Of a stretch of 64,000 nucleotides of DNA, positions 1-13,408 are shown piece after piece. Both the position numbers and the translations under genes were made by a program. Position 1 is the stretch's first letter, and each line of letters opens with the position of its first letter. Source of the DNA: Eledone cirrhosa (taxonomy: Eukaryota); NCBI GenBank assembly GCA_964016885.1, contig OZ024747.1, positions 66,154,001-66,218,000 on the forward strand, read 5' to 3'. The notes beneath the pieces were generated by a model. That model did not search any database and was not told the origin of the DNA. It saw nothing but the letters and a program-made list of their open reading frames with translations.

Positions 1-1147
1 CACCGCCTCTGGCCTATGCTCATACCATTTCTCAGAATGTGGTAGATTGTTTACTTTGCACAGGTGCCAGTGGATCACCCTGCCCATCACATCGTGTCTC
101 CAGCCCTTATAGTGGGTCTGGGCTAGGTGTTTACACTCGGACACAATGTGAGCCACAGTCTCCTCTCTCTCTCCACAGATCCTGCACAGTGGGCTAGCCT
201 CCTCCTTGTAGATATGGTGCTTCAACCACTTCGTTTTGAGGGCCTGCTCCTGCGCAGCCATTAGCATTCCTTCTGTAGCCTTTTTGAGGTCTCCTCTTCT
301 CAACCAGTTCCATGTCTGTGGATCTCTAAATTCAGTTTTCTCAAAGAAGGTACTATGAAGGGATTTTCCCTTAAGGCTGCTCTTCCTCCTTGATGTTATT
401 TCCTCCTTGGGTATCCCCTGGCCTACTGTCCCCTCCTTCAGTACAGCTCTGAGCATTGGCTCCTTACTATAGGTCACGTATTTGTATAGGTTGTTTTTCT
501 CCATCTGAACACAGTCCTCTATGCTGATAAGACCTCTTCCACCCTCAGATCTCCTTAGGTAGAGTCTATCGACATCACTCCTCTTGTGGAACATGTTGTA
601 GATAGTCAATAGCTTCCTAGTCTTCCTATCCATTTCTTTTTGTTCAGCAACATTCCATCTCAGAATTCCCGCACTGTACCTAATAATAGACACAGCTCGG
701 GAATTTACTGCGCTTATGGCATTTCTGCTGTTCAGATGTGACTTCAATACACTCCTTACTCTCCGAATGTATTCAGTTCTTAACAATTCCTTCATTTTTT
801 TGTTCTTTATGCCATCAGCCTCCAGAACGCCCAAATACTTGTATCCTTCCTCAGAGTCAATTTCCTTTATCATCTCACCTGTTGGTATCTGGATCCCGTT
901 ACTTCTGCTCAACCTACCCCTCCTCATCACAATGACTCCACATTTACCAATACCAAACTGCATACATATATCACTGCTGAAAATACGGACAGTGTCAACA
1001 AGCACATCCAACTCCTTCTCACTTTTCCCGAAGAGCTTAAGATCGTCCATGAAGAGGAGGTGATTGATGGTAAGCTCTCCCCTTCCCAACTTGTATCCTG
1101 CTCTCACTTTTCGCAGCATAATGGTCAAGGGCATCAGGGCAAGGACA
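1..1147 (-). mobile_element. 5'-truncated R4/Dong-type non-LTR retrotransposon (RT C-half, CCHC finger); runs off the window start
   Basis: Reverse complement closely matches about 24328-25476 (LFMDDLKLF, YKYLG, CRICGEREETVAHIVSEC). The truncated 5' end abuts the (ATT)n tract. Confidence 0.9.
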
Positions 1148-1216
<69 letters not shown>

Positions 1217-1323
1217 TCTTCTTCTTCTTCTTCTTCTTCTTCTTCTTCTTCTTCTTCTTCTTCTTCTTCTTCTTCTTCTTCTTCTTCTTCTTCTTCTTCT
1301 TCTTCTTCTTCTTCTTCTTCTTC
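1148..1323. repeat. Compound microsatellite (ATT)n-(TTC)n
   Basis: Seen directly. Confidence 0.98.
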
Positions 1324-1554
1324 TAGGGTATAAATTATCATTCAATGTCACGTATTTATATTTTTGCTAATATGTTTATGTATATGTCAAACGTTTTTTA
1401 ATTTTTTAATAAATGCTAGGAGATATTCCTTAGAATTTTTCTTAGAACTTGCTCTACAGGTGATATGTCGCTTGTCTGAAACTTTTTCAGATATGACATA
1501 TTTATTCTTGTTAGTAGTGTGTGTGTGTGTTATGCATATGCCTATATATATATA

Positions 1555-1719
1555 TTGTTATATTTAGGTAGGGTTATATTGTTATAATATTGCCAAAAAT
1601 ATATTTAAAAAAAAAGCACACTCACTGTTTGGTTTGGATTGATTTTCACTTCTGTATATTTTATATCCCTATAGTTAATTTAGCTGGCAATCAATGTTTG
1701 TTATTGATTGACCAACAGT

Positions 1720-1722
<3 letters not shown>
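1555..1722 (-). repeat. Diverged 3'-terminal segment of the PLE-associated repeat family
   Basis: Shares tattgttata...gg(g)t(c/t)atat and cacactcactgtttggtt with 48046-48210 and, inverted, 17345-17500. Part recurs inverted at 9555-9605. Confidence 0.65.
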
Positions 1723-1810
<88 letters not shown>

Positions 1811-1812
<2 letters not shown>

Positions 1813-3969
1813 TAAGGCGGTTAAAATTCCCGAGATCCATGGACGAGTTCTCTCCAGCGGTCTCAGTCCCTCATTATTGCTGCCATGTCCTGCGTCTCCA
1901 ACAGGCCAGTGTCTGTCCTTAGGGCATCAACATACGTTAACCTTGGTCTTCCTCTTCTAGTGTGTCCATGTAGGGGCTCCCAAAGGAGCACTGAGTGCAA
2001 TGTCAACTCTGGATGTCGGTGAGCATGTCGAGCCAACCTCAGTCTCCTCTGTGTCACTCTTGAGCTGACTTTTGGGATGCTCCCATACAGCTCTGAGTTT
2101 TTCATCCTCAGTGTATACTGATTAATGTTCAGAGCCATCCTCAGCATTCTCGTGTAGCACCCATCCACCATCTGAGTGAGTTTCTTGGTCAGTGTCCAAG
2201 TCTCAGACCCATACAGCAGCACAGACTCCACTACAGCAATGAAGAGGCTGATTTTCAGGTCTTTACGAAGGTCCGACTTCCACACCGATCTCAAGCTGTG
2301 GCACGCCGCCCAGGCCTTGCTCTTCCTCTCAACCACATCATCTTCCGCATTCCCAATCTTTGCTCCCAAATACAGGAACTCCTCAACCATTTCTAGCGGC
2401 TTCCCGCCTACATTAGTGATCCCCTCTGGCTTCTCAACATTCTCTACCAGATATTTTGTTTTAGTCTCATTCATTCTCAGCCCCACACTCATCGACACAG
2501 TCTCAACCTCCCGCATCAAATCCTCTGCCTCCTTCACTGTATTTGTCACCAAAACTATGTCGTCGGCAAATTCAGCATCCGATACCTTTTTCGCCTTAAC
2601 TCTCCTGCTCTGAGCCGGTGCTACAGTAAAGCCAGAGTCCTGGTGTTTCTCCAGTGCAAGGCGCATACAATAGTCCACTACGATGATAAAAAGGTAGGGA
2701 GCCAATGTATCTCCCTGGAGCACTCCAGCCAGTATCTCAAAGAACTCTGTTATCCCATCAGGTGTAATGGCTTGGGCTTTGGTGTTGGTGTAGAGCAGTG
2801 AAATCAGGTCCACTATCTTCTTGGGGATTCCATAAGCCTGTAAGATCTTCATCGGGCAGTAACGGTCCACAGAATCAAAGGCCTTCCTAAAGTCAATGAA
2901 AACCATGACCGCAGGAAGGCACTTTGCTCTAGCTCCCTCTAATATCCTCCTCAGCATCAGGATGTGACTGGTGGTTGATCTACCCTCTCTGAAGCCGTTC
3001 TGGTTGTCCCTGAGCTTCTTCTCCATCTCAGGCTGGATCCTGTTAAGAATCATCCTGTTGAGGGTCTTTGCCACAAGTGACGTCAGTGAGATCCCCTTGT
3101 AGTTGTTGGTGTTAGAGAGATCTCCCTTCTTTGGCACTGGGACGATGTTACTGATCCTCCACTGATTCGGGGCAACTCCTTTCTCCAGTGCCCCGTTACA
3201 GAACCCCAGGATGGTATCATCAAAATCACACCTCTTCATAACATCTGATGCTAATCCATCTTCTCCATGAGCCTTGCCCTCCTTGATCTTCTTCTTGGCT
3301 CTCTGAAGCTCCTCTCTGGTGAAGGGCTCTGTCTCAACATCCAGTTCCTAAAACAGCCGCCTAATCTCCCTACTACTCTGGGCTGTGGAGGGTGACTCTC
3401 CTAGTAGGGTCCTAAAATGGTCTAGCCATTTCCTCTTCCTATCCTCGGGCCCCGTTCCCTGGATCTGACTCGAACACCTTCTCTTCCTCCCTGTGATCTC
3501 GTTGATGATCATCCAGCTTTCCCTACATCCAGATCTGTCAACCGCTCTCTCCACACTTCTGATCTTCTCTATCAGTGCCTCCTCTCTGACCTCAGTGTAA
3601 GCGGTACAGAGCTCTTCCCTCATCACCTCCACAGTCTCCATCCTCTCCTCCGTAGGATCAGCATAGAATTGGTCCTTGGCAGCTTTCAGGTGTTCTCTGG
3701 CTGCACACACTTTTGGGTTTGCAGAGCTGACGTGCTTCCCTTTGTTCTTTTTCCTCGGCACCAGGGTTTCACTAGCTTCCGCCACTGCATTGGTGAAGTG
3801 CCCGTACCTCCTCGTCACACTCTCCTCAGTCCATCCAATCTCTCTCTTCTCTGACTCTCCACACAGAGCAATAAACCTGTTTCTCACTTCCACTGTGAAC
3901 CTCTCCTGTAGCTTATCATCTTCCTTGAAAGCTCCCCAGTCATAGATTGCTATCCGGGGCCGAGCCTTG

Positions 3970-3971
<2 letters not shown>
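1811..3971 (-). mobile_element. 5'-truncated RTE-like LINE inside a (TA)n tract
   Basis: RT-coding frames 1863-3239 and 3348-3971, with long (TA)n on both sides (1723-1810 and 3972-4066). Confidence 0.88.
1863..3239 (-). CDS. Non-LTR reverse transcriptase, RTE-like (partial; upstream part frameshifted)
   Basis: Motifs PKKGD, QNGFR, FIDFRKAFDSV, GVLQGDTLAPYLF, FADD, FLYLG, LLYGSETW. Confidence 0.9.
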   Translation of the reverse strand: MKRCDFDDTILGFCNGALEKGVAPNQWRISNIVPVPKKGDLSNTNNYKGISLTSLVAKTLNRMILNRIQPEMEKKLRDNQNGFREGRSTTSHILMLRRILEGARAKCLPAVMVFIDFRKAFDSVDRYCPMKILQAYGIPKKIVDLISLLYTNTKAQAITPDGITEFFEILAGVLQGDTLAPYLFIIVVDYCMRLALEKHQDSGFTVAPAQSRRVKAKKVSDAEFADDIVLVTNTVKEAEDLMREVETVSMSVGLRMNETKTKYLVENVEKPEGITNVGGKPLEMVEEFLYLGAKIGNAEDDVVERKSKAWAACHSLRSVWKSDLRKDLKISLFIAVVESVLLYGSETWTLTKKLTQMVDGCYTRMLRMALNINQYTLRMKNSELYGSIPKVSSRVTQRRLRLARHAHRHPELTLHSVLLWEPLHGHTRRGRPRLTYVDALRTDTGLLETQDMAAIMRD

Positions 3972-4068
<97 letters not shown>

Positions 4069-4106
4069 AGGAAGTTATAGTTCACTTGAAGCATTGTGTA
4101 ATGAGG

Positions 4107-4362
4107 TATAAACGTTTGAATTTGTAAAGCCAAACAATGCAGGTATGGATATAGAATAAAAAATGCTGACAGCATGACTTGGTAAGCTATTTAGAACACT
4201 GGTTTAACCGCTTTACTTCCCTCCGAAGAAGAGATATTATCTCGAAAATTAAGCACATTTAAATAAATCTAAGGTAAAAGACTAATTGTCAACAATATCT
4301 TTTGCATTTACATTTTTTATTCTATGTCCATACCTGCATTGTTTGGCTTTAAAAATTCAAAC

Positions 4363-4369
<7 letters not shown>
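4107..4369. repeat. Short fold-back element between (TA)n tracts
   Basis: 4107-4166 is an inverted copy of about 4311-4369. Confidence 0.8.
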
Positions 4370-4393
<24 letters not shown>

Positions 4394-4399
4394 AGCTGA

Positions 4400-4925
<526 letters not shown>

Positions 4926-5031
4926 ATAATAATAAAATTGAAGACTAAAATCCAAAGAGGGCTCGATAAGGAAAATATATATCAAATATATAAGAACCGT
5001 AGAGCAAAAATTTCTTAAAATAACAGATTAA

Positions 5032-5082
5032 AGTTTAAGCAAAGAATCGCTGCTTTCACCCTTAACAGGATCTTCTGAAACT
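5032..5082 (-). ncRNA. Type I hammerhead fold with variant core CAGAAGA, in the PLE pseudo-LTR
   Basis: Consensus AGTTT-CAGAAGA-t CCC gttaa GGG t-GAA-AGCA gcgattctt TGCT-T-AAACT (this copy has CCT in stem II). Other copies at 8458-8508(+), 33722-33772(-), 34333-34383(+), 63830-63880(-). Confidence 0.7.
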
Positions 5083-6004
5083 AACAAAGTCAATCTGTAA
5101 ACGCAGAACTGGATATTTCAAAAAACGTTGCAACCGGAGGAAGACAGGAAGACGATACTTTGGTTCGTGGAAACGTTCGCTGGCAAAGAACGGGACAAAA
5201 CGAATAATACGTCATTAATAGGAGCGGTGAAAAACAATTACGCGCAAAGACAGAACCACGTTTATGGTATAAAAGAGGTCGTAGACTAATGTTCTCTTAA
5301 GTGGTGCATAGAGACGTTCTCTGGCAATGAACGAAAAAACGAAGATAATAAGTCATATGTGGAGCGTGGAGAAAAATAGCACGCAAAGACAAAACCACGT
5401 AAATGGTATAGCAGAAGTTGTAGACTAAAATTCTAACTAGGAGACCAAATGAATCTCCGCTACAGAGTTAAGAACAAAGTAAATAAATACAATACAGAAG
5501 TAATAGAAACAAATAAATACATACACGCAAACAGATACGTACATACACAAGTATACGCAAAACCTTACCATAGGTATACAAAACCACGCACATATAAATA
5601 TGTGTGTGTGTATGCTTGTGTACAAATAAATAATTATATAAACGTGTATAAGTAAATAAATACGTATATAACAAGCGCACACACATACCTACAAATAAAT
5701 ACACGAATGTTCGGAGACGTAAGTCAACTAAAACAAGAAGTACACATATACACACACCCACCATACGTACGATACTGCATACTCACGCAGACGCAAAACT
5801 CCCGTATACACATAGCCAAACCCTAAATACCAGAATATGTAAAAATTATACGCCATAACAGTCAAATATACGTACGAGAAGGTATACATACCTTCACAAA
5901 ACATACGGGTAATATATACTTACCTATACAAATAAGTAACGGAATAAACAAAAGATATACTTAGCTCCCACATCAAGACGTAAAATATCCACGTATAGAT
6001 CGTG

Positions 6005-7713
6005 CTATCCGTTAGGGTATAACGTGGGGCTGTAATACAGGAAAGTTTTGTGCAATTTATGTTTACAAGCCGAAATTGCCTCAGATTTTTTGTGGTCTGT
6101 GGCGTAGAGTATTTCCAGGGCCTCAGCGGCGCAGAGGTCACATGGTCTTTTATTTCCGTTATACGATCTAGCCCTAGCTAGGATCTCCCAGTTTAACTTA
6201 TATTGGGTGTGGTTGTCTTTTAGACTCCAGATATAAGCTGAAAGTGACGTCATATTCCTTCTTAGAGGGTAACGAAAAGAATGGGTATGCATGTAAAGAC
6301 GCTGCTTGAAACTATTGGCGGTTAACCCTATGTAGGCCCTACGGGACGTGGGTGTTACAACCTTACATTTGTAGACAATGTTACAAGAGAGGCATTTCCC
6401 GGATAGGGGGCAATCAGCTCGATTCCTACAATTACAGTTAGTACTAACTACAGGGTTGCACGTGTTCCTACGGCTAGGTAGTTTAGCTAAATTTGAAGCT
6501 GTGATGTTATGTGCAAGGTTAGGAGTCGTAGAGTAAGAAATTTTAATAGTATTTCTATTAAAAATTTTACTATATTTATGTGTAGGGGGGAAATGCTTCG
6601 TAATAAGGGAAAGAAAGATTTTAGCTAATGGTGTGGCCACCTCCATATTATATGGTGGGTTAAACCAACAAATGCAACGGGATCTATTTCTTCTAGGTCT
6701 ATTTTCGTACTCTGTATATGCTACCTTATCGACAAATCCACTTCGAGCAAGAGCTTCATTGTAATAAGTGGAATGGTCGTTGAAAATGCGCTCGTTGGTG
6801 GAAAGACGGGAAAGCCTCAACGAAACGTTTTTTACCAGATTCTTGGTTATACTGGCAGGATGGTTGGAATGCTTACTTATGTAATTAAGTGTATCATTCG
6901 GCTTTCTATACGGGTAATACAACCCATTCAATAAATTGAGGGTAACATCGAGGTAATTAACGACCGAGAGATTGGCCTCAACCTGTATAGAGAGGTTGAA
7001 GCCTTTAAAGAAGGCTGTGAGTTCTTTTCTGAACCTGTCGCAAGCACGAGGTCCGCACTTAGTCATGGTCAAAAGACCATCGTCACGGTACAACCCACCA
7101 CCCGCGTTGGGGAATTCGTCCTTGATAGAGAAAAGAAGGAAAAGGCCAATAAGATCAGTAACCTCCGCAGAGTCACTGGCGCCCATACTCACGTCGAATG
7201 GGGGTACTATTGGATTTTTTAATCCAAATAGAGTCGTCGAAATTAATCACCGACTTTCGGGCATTAAGGATGACATCAACTTCGAAATCCTTAACCACTG
7301 TGAGTGTTTTAGCGAAATTGATAGCTCTAAGGAGAAGTGGTAAAGTGATGGAGGAGTAGTAATTGTTGATGTCGAATTGGATAAAACGGCAATGTTACTT
7401 GTTACATATGCCGTTGAACCAATCAATCACCGCGAAAGAATTGTTCCACAGTGCGAGAGGGGCCAAACTTCTAATTTCAGGTATAATTCTATCAAGAATC
7501 GTTTTACTAAGTCTACCTAAATCGGACTTCGTAGGGTTAATAAGCCGAATAGAGGGGTTGTTCGGAAAATTGGATGTGTGATCCTTCAGGATAAAGTGGG
7601 GAGAAATAGGGTCCAGAGGTTCGGTCCGGTCCAGGATGTTGAAATCAGATGTGATTTTAAACCCAGCATCGTTGATTTCATTGATGACACACCGATTAGT
7701 TTTACGGTAATCC
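6005..7713 (-). pseudogene. PLE reverse transcriptase-GIY-YIG polyprotein (5'-truncated, frameshift near 7200)
   Basis: LKDH..NF.N.P.IRLINP.KS; MGASDSAEV; LYRDDGL; NYLDV; linker CNCRNRADC (CxCx5C); IVY...YIG; FKQRLYMH; CDLC. Confidence 0.9.
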
Positions 7714-8519
7714 TTAGGGTTTGGCTATGTGTATACGGGAGTTTTGCGTCTGCGTGAGTATGCAGTATCGTACGTATGGTGGGTGTGTGTATATGTGTAC
7801 TTCTTGTTTTAGTTGACTTACGTCTCCGAACATTAGTGTATTTATTTGTAGGTATGTGTGTGCGCTTGTTACATATGTATTTAATTACTTATATACGTTT
7901 ATATAATTATTTATTTGTACACAAGCATACACACACACATATTTATATGTGCGTAGTTTTGTATACCTATGGTAAGGTTTTGCGTATGCTTGTGTATGTA
8001 CGTATCTGTTTGCGTGTATGTATTTATTTGTTTCTATTACTTCTGTATTGTATTTATTTACTTTGTTCTTAACTCTGTAGCGGAGATTCATTTGGTCTCC
8101 TAGTTAGAATTTTAGTCTACAACTTCTGCTATACCATTTACGTGGTTTTGTCTTTGCGTGCTATTTTTCTCCACGCTCCACATATGACTTATTATCTTCG
8201 TTTTTTCGTTCATTGCCAGAGCACGTCTCTATGCACCACCTAAGAGAACATTAGTCTACGACCTCTTTTATACCATAAACGTGGTTCTGTCTTTGCGCGT
8301 AATTGTTTTTCACCGCTCCTATTAATGACGTATTATTCGTTTTGTCCCGTTCTTTGCCAGCGAACGTTTCCACGAACCAAAGTATCGTCTTCCTGTCTTC
8401 CTCCGGTTGCAACGTTTTTTGAAATATCCAGTTCTGCGTTTACAGATTGACTTTGTTAGTTTCAGAAGATCCCGTTAAGGGTGAAAACAGCGATTCTTTG
8501 CTTAAACTTTAATCTGTTA

Positions 8520-8830
<311 letters not shown>

Positions 8831-8833
8831 TTT

Positions 8834-8947
<114 letters not shown>

Positions 8948-9004
8948 CGAAGGAAGTGTGGTAAGGAAACAGGTGGACCATAATATATATATATATATAT
9001 ACTA

Positions 9005-9532
9005 AGTATAATGAGTTCTAAACTCAAGCAGTCCTTTACAATGAAATAGCTCAAAGAAAGAAGTATTTCTGAGCCGTGTAATACAAGTTAATATAAATTA
9101 ATATATATGATAAAGCACAAATACCAACATATAAGTGTTTGTATTGTAAATGACTAAGTTAGCTAGTTTGAAAAATACTAATTATAATAATACAGTTTGC
9201 CTGTGTCGATTTAAAATAATAAATCAATAAAAACAAACGATATTGGCAAATGGCCGTGGTACTTGGACAAATTTAAATTTCAAAATCAAACCTGTTCCGT
9301 AGATAAGTTTAAACTTCAAAATCCAAATAAGTTTCGAAATGAAAAAGTGAAAAAATACCCCGTTCAGCTCTCCTCGTTTGTTTTTATTGATTTATTATTT
9401 TAAATCGACACAGGCAAACTGTATTATTATAATTAGTATTTTTCAATCTAGCTAACTTAGTCATTTACAATACAAACACTTATATGTTGGTATTTGTGTT
9501 TTATCATATATATTAATTTATATTAACTTGTA
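9005..9532. repeat. Fold-back element between (TA)n tracts
   Basis: About 9082-9240 is an inverted copy of 9373-9532. A diverged relative lies at about 33290-33510. Confidence 0.8.
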
Positions 9533-9605
9533 TATATATATATATATATATAGATTTAACTGTTGGTCAATCAATAACAAACATTGATTGCCAGCTAAAT
9601 TAACT

Positions 9606-9743
9606 GAACTTTATTTTATCGACCCTGTAAAGATGAAAGGCAAAGTTAACCTAGGTGGGATTTGAACTCAGATCATAAAGGGCAGTAACTCTATGCTGCA
9701 AAGATGGTGTACGACCTTCTACCGATTCTGCTAATCCACCACC
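9606..9743 (-). mobile_element. tRNA-derived SINE
   Basis: tttatcgaccc...gatgaaaggcaaagttaacct...gatttgaactcaga, with a B box on the minus strand; matches 11245-11428. Confidence 0.8.
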
Positions 9744-9780
9744 CTAGAAGAAATAATAAGAAGAAGAAGAGGGAAGAGGA

Positions 9781-11010
9781 GACCAGAATCGGGGCATAGA
9801 CGGCTACCTGTTGGGGTACGGACGGCTCCCAGACGTTCATATCTGGCTGGGGTTCCTTTGGGAAACCTTTTAAAAATCTACTTGTAGCTTTTACAATAGT
9901 GGTTCCCACGTCGTAGCGGAAGCTCTCTCTAATGTTTTGTATGTCTCAGTAGACATGCGTGTTACCATTAATTTTTGTGGCGCTTTAAACATGGTGGTCC
10001 CATAAATCTCACCCTCTATCTCAATATCCCAACTACGGGCTATAAGGTCCACCAGTAGTACGAAGTTTGGTGTCTCTATGGTTATTTGTTGTGTTTTGTG
10101 GGTAGTTGTGGTTGTGGTAGTGTTAGTGGTGCTGGTAGTGATAGCGGTGGTTGTGTTGCCGGTTGTGCTATTGGTGGGTTTGGTGTTGTAGGTATGTCTG
10201 TAAATGCTGATGGAGTGTTCCGTGCGTTCTTTGGCGTGTGTTTTGGTGTAATGGAATTTTTTTTTTTTTTTTCGTGTAATTTCCTATTTTTGTTTCTTTG
10301 GACTTGGGGGTTACCTCTCACCTTTACTTCGAGATGGGGAGGTACCGGTGTTTGCAGAATCTGTCTCGGATATGAATGGGAATGCATTTGGGTTTATGTG
10401 AGTGTGTATGTGTGTATTTGTGTATAGAGGAGACGGAGAGGGAGAGAGAGAGACGTAAAAAGAGGGAGAGAGTGAGAGGGAGATCCCCTTTTCTGCTGAT
10501 GTTGTTGGTGGTGGTGCTTCTGTTGACATTGTTGGTTGTTTTGTCGGTGTTGCTGTTGTTGCTCCTGCAGTTGCTAGTTTTTCTCTCACTGTTGTTGATG
10601 TCGCTGCTGCTGCTGCTACCGGGGTTGGCACCGCTATTGTTGTTGTGGTTGTTGAGGTCCTGGCTTTTGGCAGCATATGAGCTCTGGTGTCCCCTGTTTT
10701 CTATTGAAGACAGAAAACTCTCAACTAGTCAGTCTCCCCCACCACACACACACGACAACGATGCCTTTGCCCTCAAACAATTCATACAATTCCACTCCAC
10801 TCGGCAAGCGAAGAAGGTATGGGATCTTATCGATCTTATCTGGTTTAATGTGGAGAAACAGCCCCACACTGATTCTCGACAAGTTTTCCCGCCAGCTTCT
10901 TTCCACCCCAACGAAAGTGTCATCGCCACCAGGACTACGCAGACAATGATATACCAGATATCGAACTCTGGTGGGGTTAATGTCTGTGGAGTAATATTTC
11001 TCCTCTGCTA
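9781..11010 (-). mobile_element. Decayed ORF1 remnant of a Tx1/L1-like LINE
   Basis: Thr/Pro/Ala-rich segment and basic patch, then FKAPQKLMVTRMSTETYKTLE, resembling FTPPPHIQITRITQKTYTTLE in ORF 29612-30457. Confidence 0.6.
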
Positions 11011-11244
11011 TGTCAATTTTCTTAAAGATGAGGAGGTGTTTGTGAAAATAAACAAAAACATTTAGCCGCCAAGGACATCAAATACAAAGAAACTAATTAC
11101 ATCCTTCAGAAGATGGTTGGTTTAGCTAGAAAACAATATATAATATTCAGGCAACAATGTTTTAAATAGGCACTAACAAATAATGAACGTACTCCACCGA
11201 TGTATACCTCGTCTCGAGAGTTCAACAACAAAAATAAAATAATG

Positions 11245-11428
11245 ATTTCTACTATAGTCACAAGGCCAGCAATTATCCAAGTATATCACTGGTAGTTTAT
11301 TTTATCGACCCCCCGTAAGGATGAAAGGCAAAGTTAACCTCGGCAGGATTTGAACTCAGATCATAATGAGCCGTAACTCTATGCTGCAAAGTATGGCGTC
11401 AGACCCTCTACCAATACTGCTAATCCAC
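11245..11428 (-). mobile_element. tRNA-derived SINE
   Basis: Same family as 11646-11825, opposite orientation. Confidence 0.85.
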
Positions 11429-11645
11429 AAAAATAAAATAGTAATAATGGTATTCTTATTTACGACAATGGCAAGGAACGATACAAAGAGGGGTTACAAC
11501 ATTAAGGTGGGGAGCTACATAGAAATGAGAATGAAAAGTGAGTGTCATGTATACATATTATACAAGTTAGGTATATCTATAATAACAATTTCTTTAGTAG
11601 TCCTGATCACCAGCAACCACTTCATCATTCATCTTTTATTCTTTA

Positions 11646-11825
11646 TGGTAGATTGGCAGTATCGGTAGAGGCCCTTTACAATCTGAGTTCAAATCCCGCC
11701 GAGGTTAGCTTTGCCTTTCATCCTTACGGGGTCGATAAGATAAAGCACCAGTAACGTACTGGAGTCGATTTAATCGACTTTCCGCTCTCCTAAATTACTG
11801 GCCTTGTGCCTATACTAGAAATCAT
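11646..11825 (+). mobile_element. tRNA-derived SINE
   Basis: A-box-like TGGCAGTATCGG, B box GAGTTCAAATC, body gcctttcatcc...ggggtcgata. Confidence 0.85.
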
Positions 11826-12962
11826 TCTTTATTAGATCACATGGAAACACTTAAACCCGTACTGGTCAACGAGTCTATCTCATCATCTGACCCCTCTTTG
11901 ATAGTCATAGAATTACCTAAGCAACAAGCAACTACTGAAAAACAACCTGTTAGTCCATCGTTAGTCCATTATTCTTGGCTACACTTCCTAGAACAATATA
12001 AAATTATGATTTAAACAATCACAATAACTTTACTTTCTAATCCGACATCATAAGTACTATCTTTAATTGCTTCTTTTTTTTTTTTGTATTGAGATACTGA
12101 ACAATATTATCATGATAATATAAACGAAGCGACTTAATAAGACAAAATAAAACAAATGAGATATTTAAGTTTGTTTTTAAAGTACACTTAACAGAATGTG
12201 GAACATCTAAAAATTGTTAGATTGAAAAAGAAAGAAACAAAACTGCTGTCATGACAATTTAATGTTGTTCACATTTATTCAAGATACTATTTTCGAACCT
12301 TGTTCGCTACTGCCTGAAAAGAAAAAAGATTTGTCTCCTTTCGTTATATATCAATATCATGTGATTCAAAACTCTTGACTTTATATTTTAAAAAAAGCAC
12401 CACAAACACTTAAAATATATAGTTTGCTAATCTCGACAAGATATATAATATCTAACATAATTGTTATTTATTATATTAGCTGCAACTGAGGGCCGTGGAT
12501 TGGCAGTATCGGTGGAGGGTCGGACGCCATGCTTTCCAGCATATGTGTGTGTGTGTGTGTGTGTGTGCGATGTGTGTGTGTATCGATAGTCTAGGATCGT
12601 ACGCCGTTATAACAACACGCGTCGACGGAAACATGTGGAAAACGAATTCAGCATCCTTCCTTCATACAATTCGGTGTGAGTAATATATTCTATCAACTGT
12701 AAGCTTACTGTCCTTCTCCGACACAACTCCTTCCTCTCGGAAAACCTTCTGTTGATGGATGTGAAATCTGAAATATAGTGACTATTAAATTGCTTCCAAG
12801 GTAACTCTATCTCGTACTAAAACTATTATATTTTACACTTTTCCTACGTTCTTTCATGCTCTCTACGTCTCTTTCTACGCTTCCTCTTACATCTCTCTCT
12901 CATTACCACCTGATTTTGTTACCCGGAGATTTACCCATCTGCATTATTGAGACTCCCAAATC

Positions 12963-13026
<64 letters not shown>

Positions 13027-13229
13027 TGGGTGTAACTAGGAGTTACTGCAGGTTCACCCGGGTGAGCACTCGATGTTTAGGTTCACTTCTGTGATGATGT
13101 GTAGAGCTAGACAGAGTGTAAAATATAGAAAGGATAAAAAGGACGATTGATTATTCTTTCATTGCATTTATTGATAGGTGACGCGCGTTTCGCCACTGAT
13201 CAGCTCAAGGTTCTTATAGCATTTTAAGA

Positions 13230-13316
13230 GGGTCCGTCGAGCTGCCGATAATTGAGTCGGGTAGGATCGATATAGATCGAACCTTGAGCTGATCAGTGGC
13301 GAAACGCGCGTCACCT
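13230..13316 (+). ncRNA. Hammerhead-like fold with variant core CCGUCGA and long stem II
   Basis: GGGT-CCGTCGA-GCTGCCGAT...ATCAGTGGC-GAA-ACGCGCGT-C-ACCT. Its 3' part is duplicated inverted at about 13135-13213; second copy at about 52318-52400(-). Confidence 0.55.
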
Positions 13317-13362
13317 ATCAGTAAATGCAATGAAGGAATAATCAATCGTCCTTATAATCCTT

Positions 13363-13405
<43 letters not shown>

Positions 13406-13408
<3 letters not shown>

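Noticed and set aside
716-1063. Plus-strand ORFs, and similar antisense ORFs over other LINEs
   Set aside because: Shadow frames opposite RT coding sequence.
4219-4256. CCGAAGA-hairpin-GAAA hammerhead-like motif
   Set aside because: Stem II is good, but stems I and III are too weak to call.
9265-9327. Degenerate hammerhead-like fold on the minus strand
   Set aside because: Needs several core changes and unpaired bases; AT-rich pairing could be chance.
12745-12790. CTGTTGA-stem-GAAA motif
   Set aside because: Variant core, bulged stem III and a 2-bp stem I in a single copy.
13289-13312. Alternative minimal core CTGATCA-GTGGC-GAAA
   Set aside because: Breaks the 3-8 pair and has no stem I; the CCGUCGA register pairs better.
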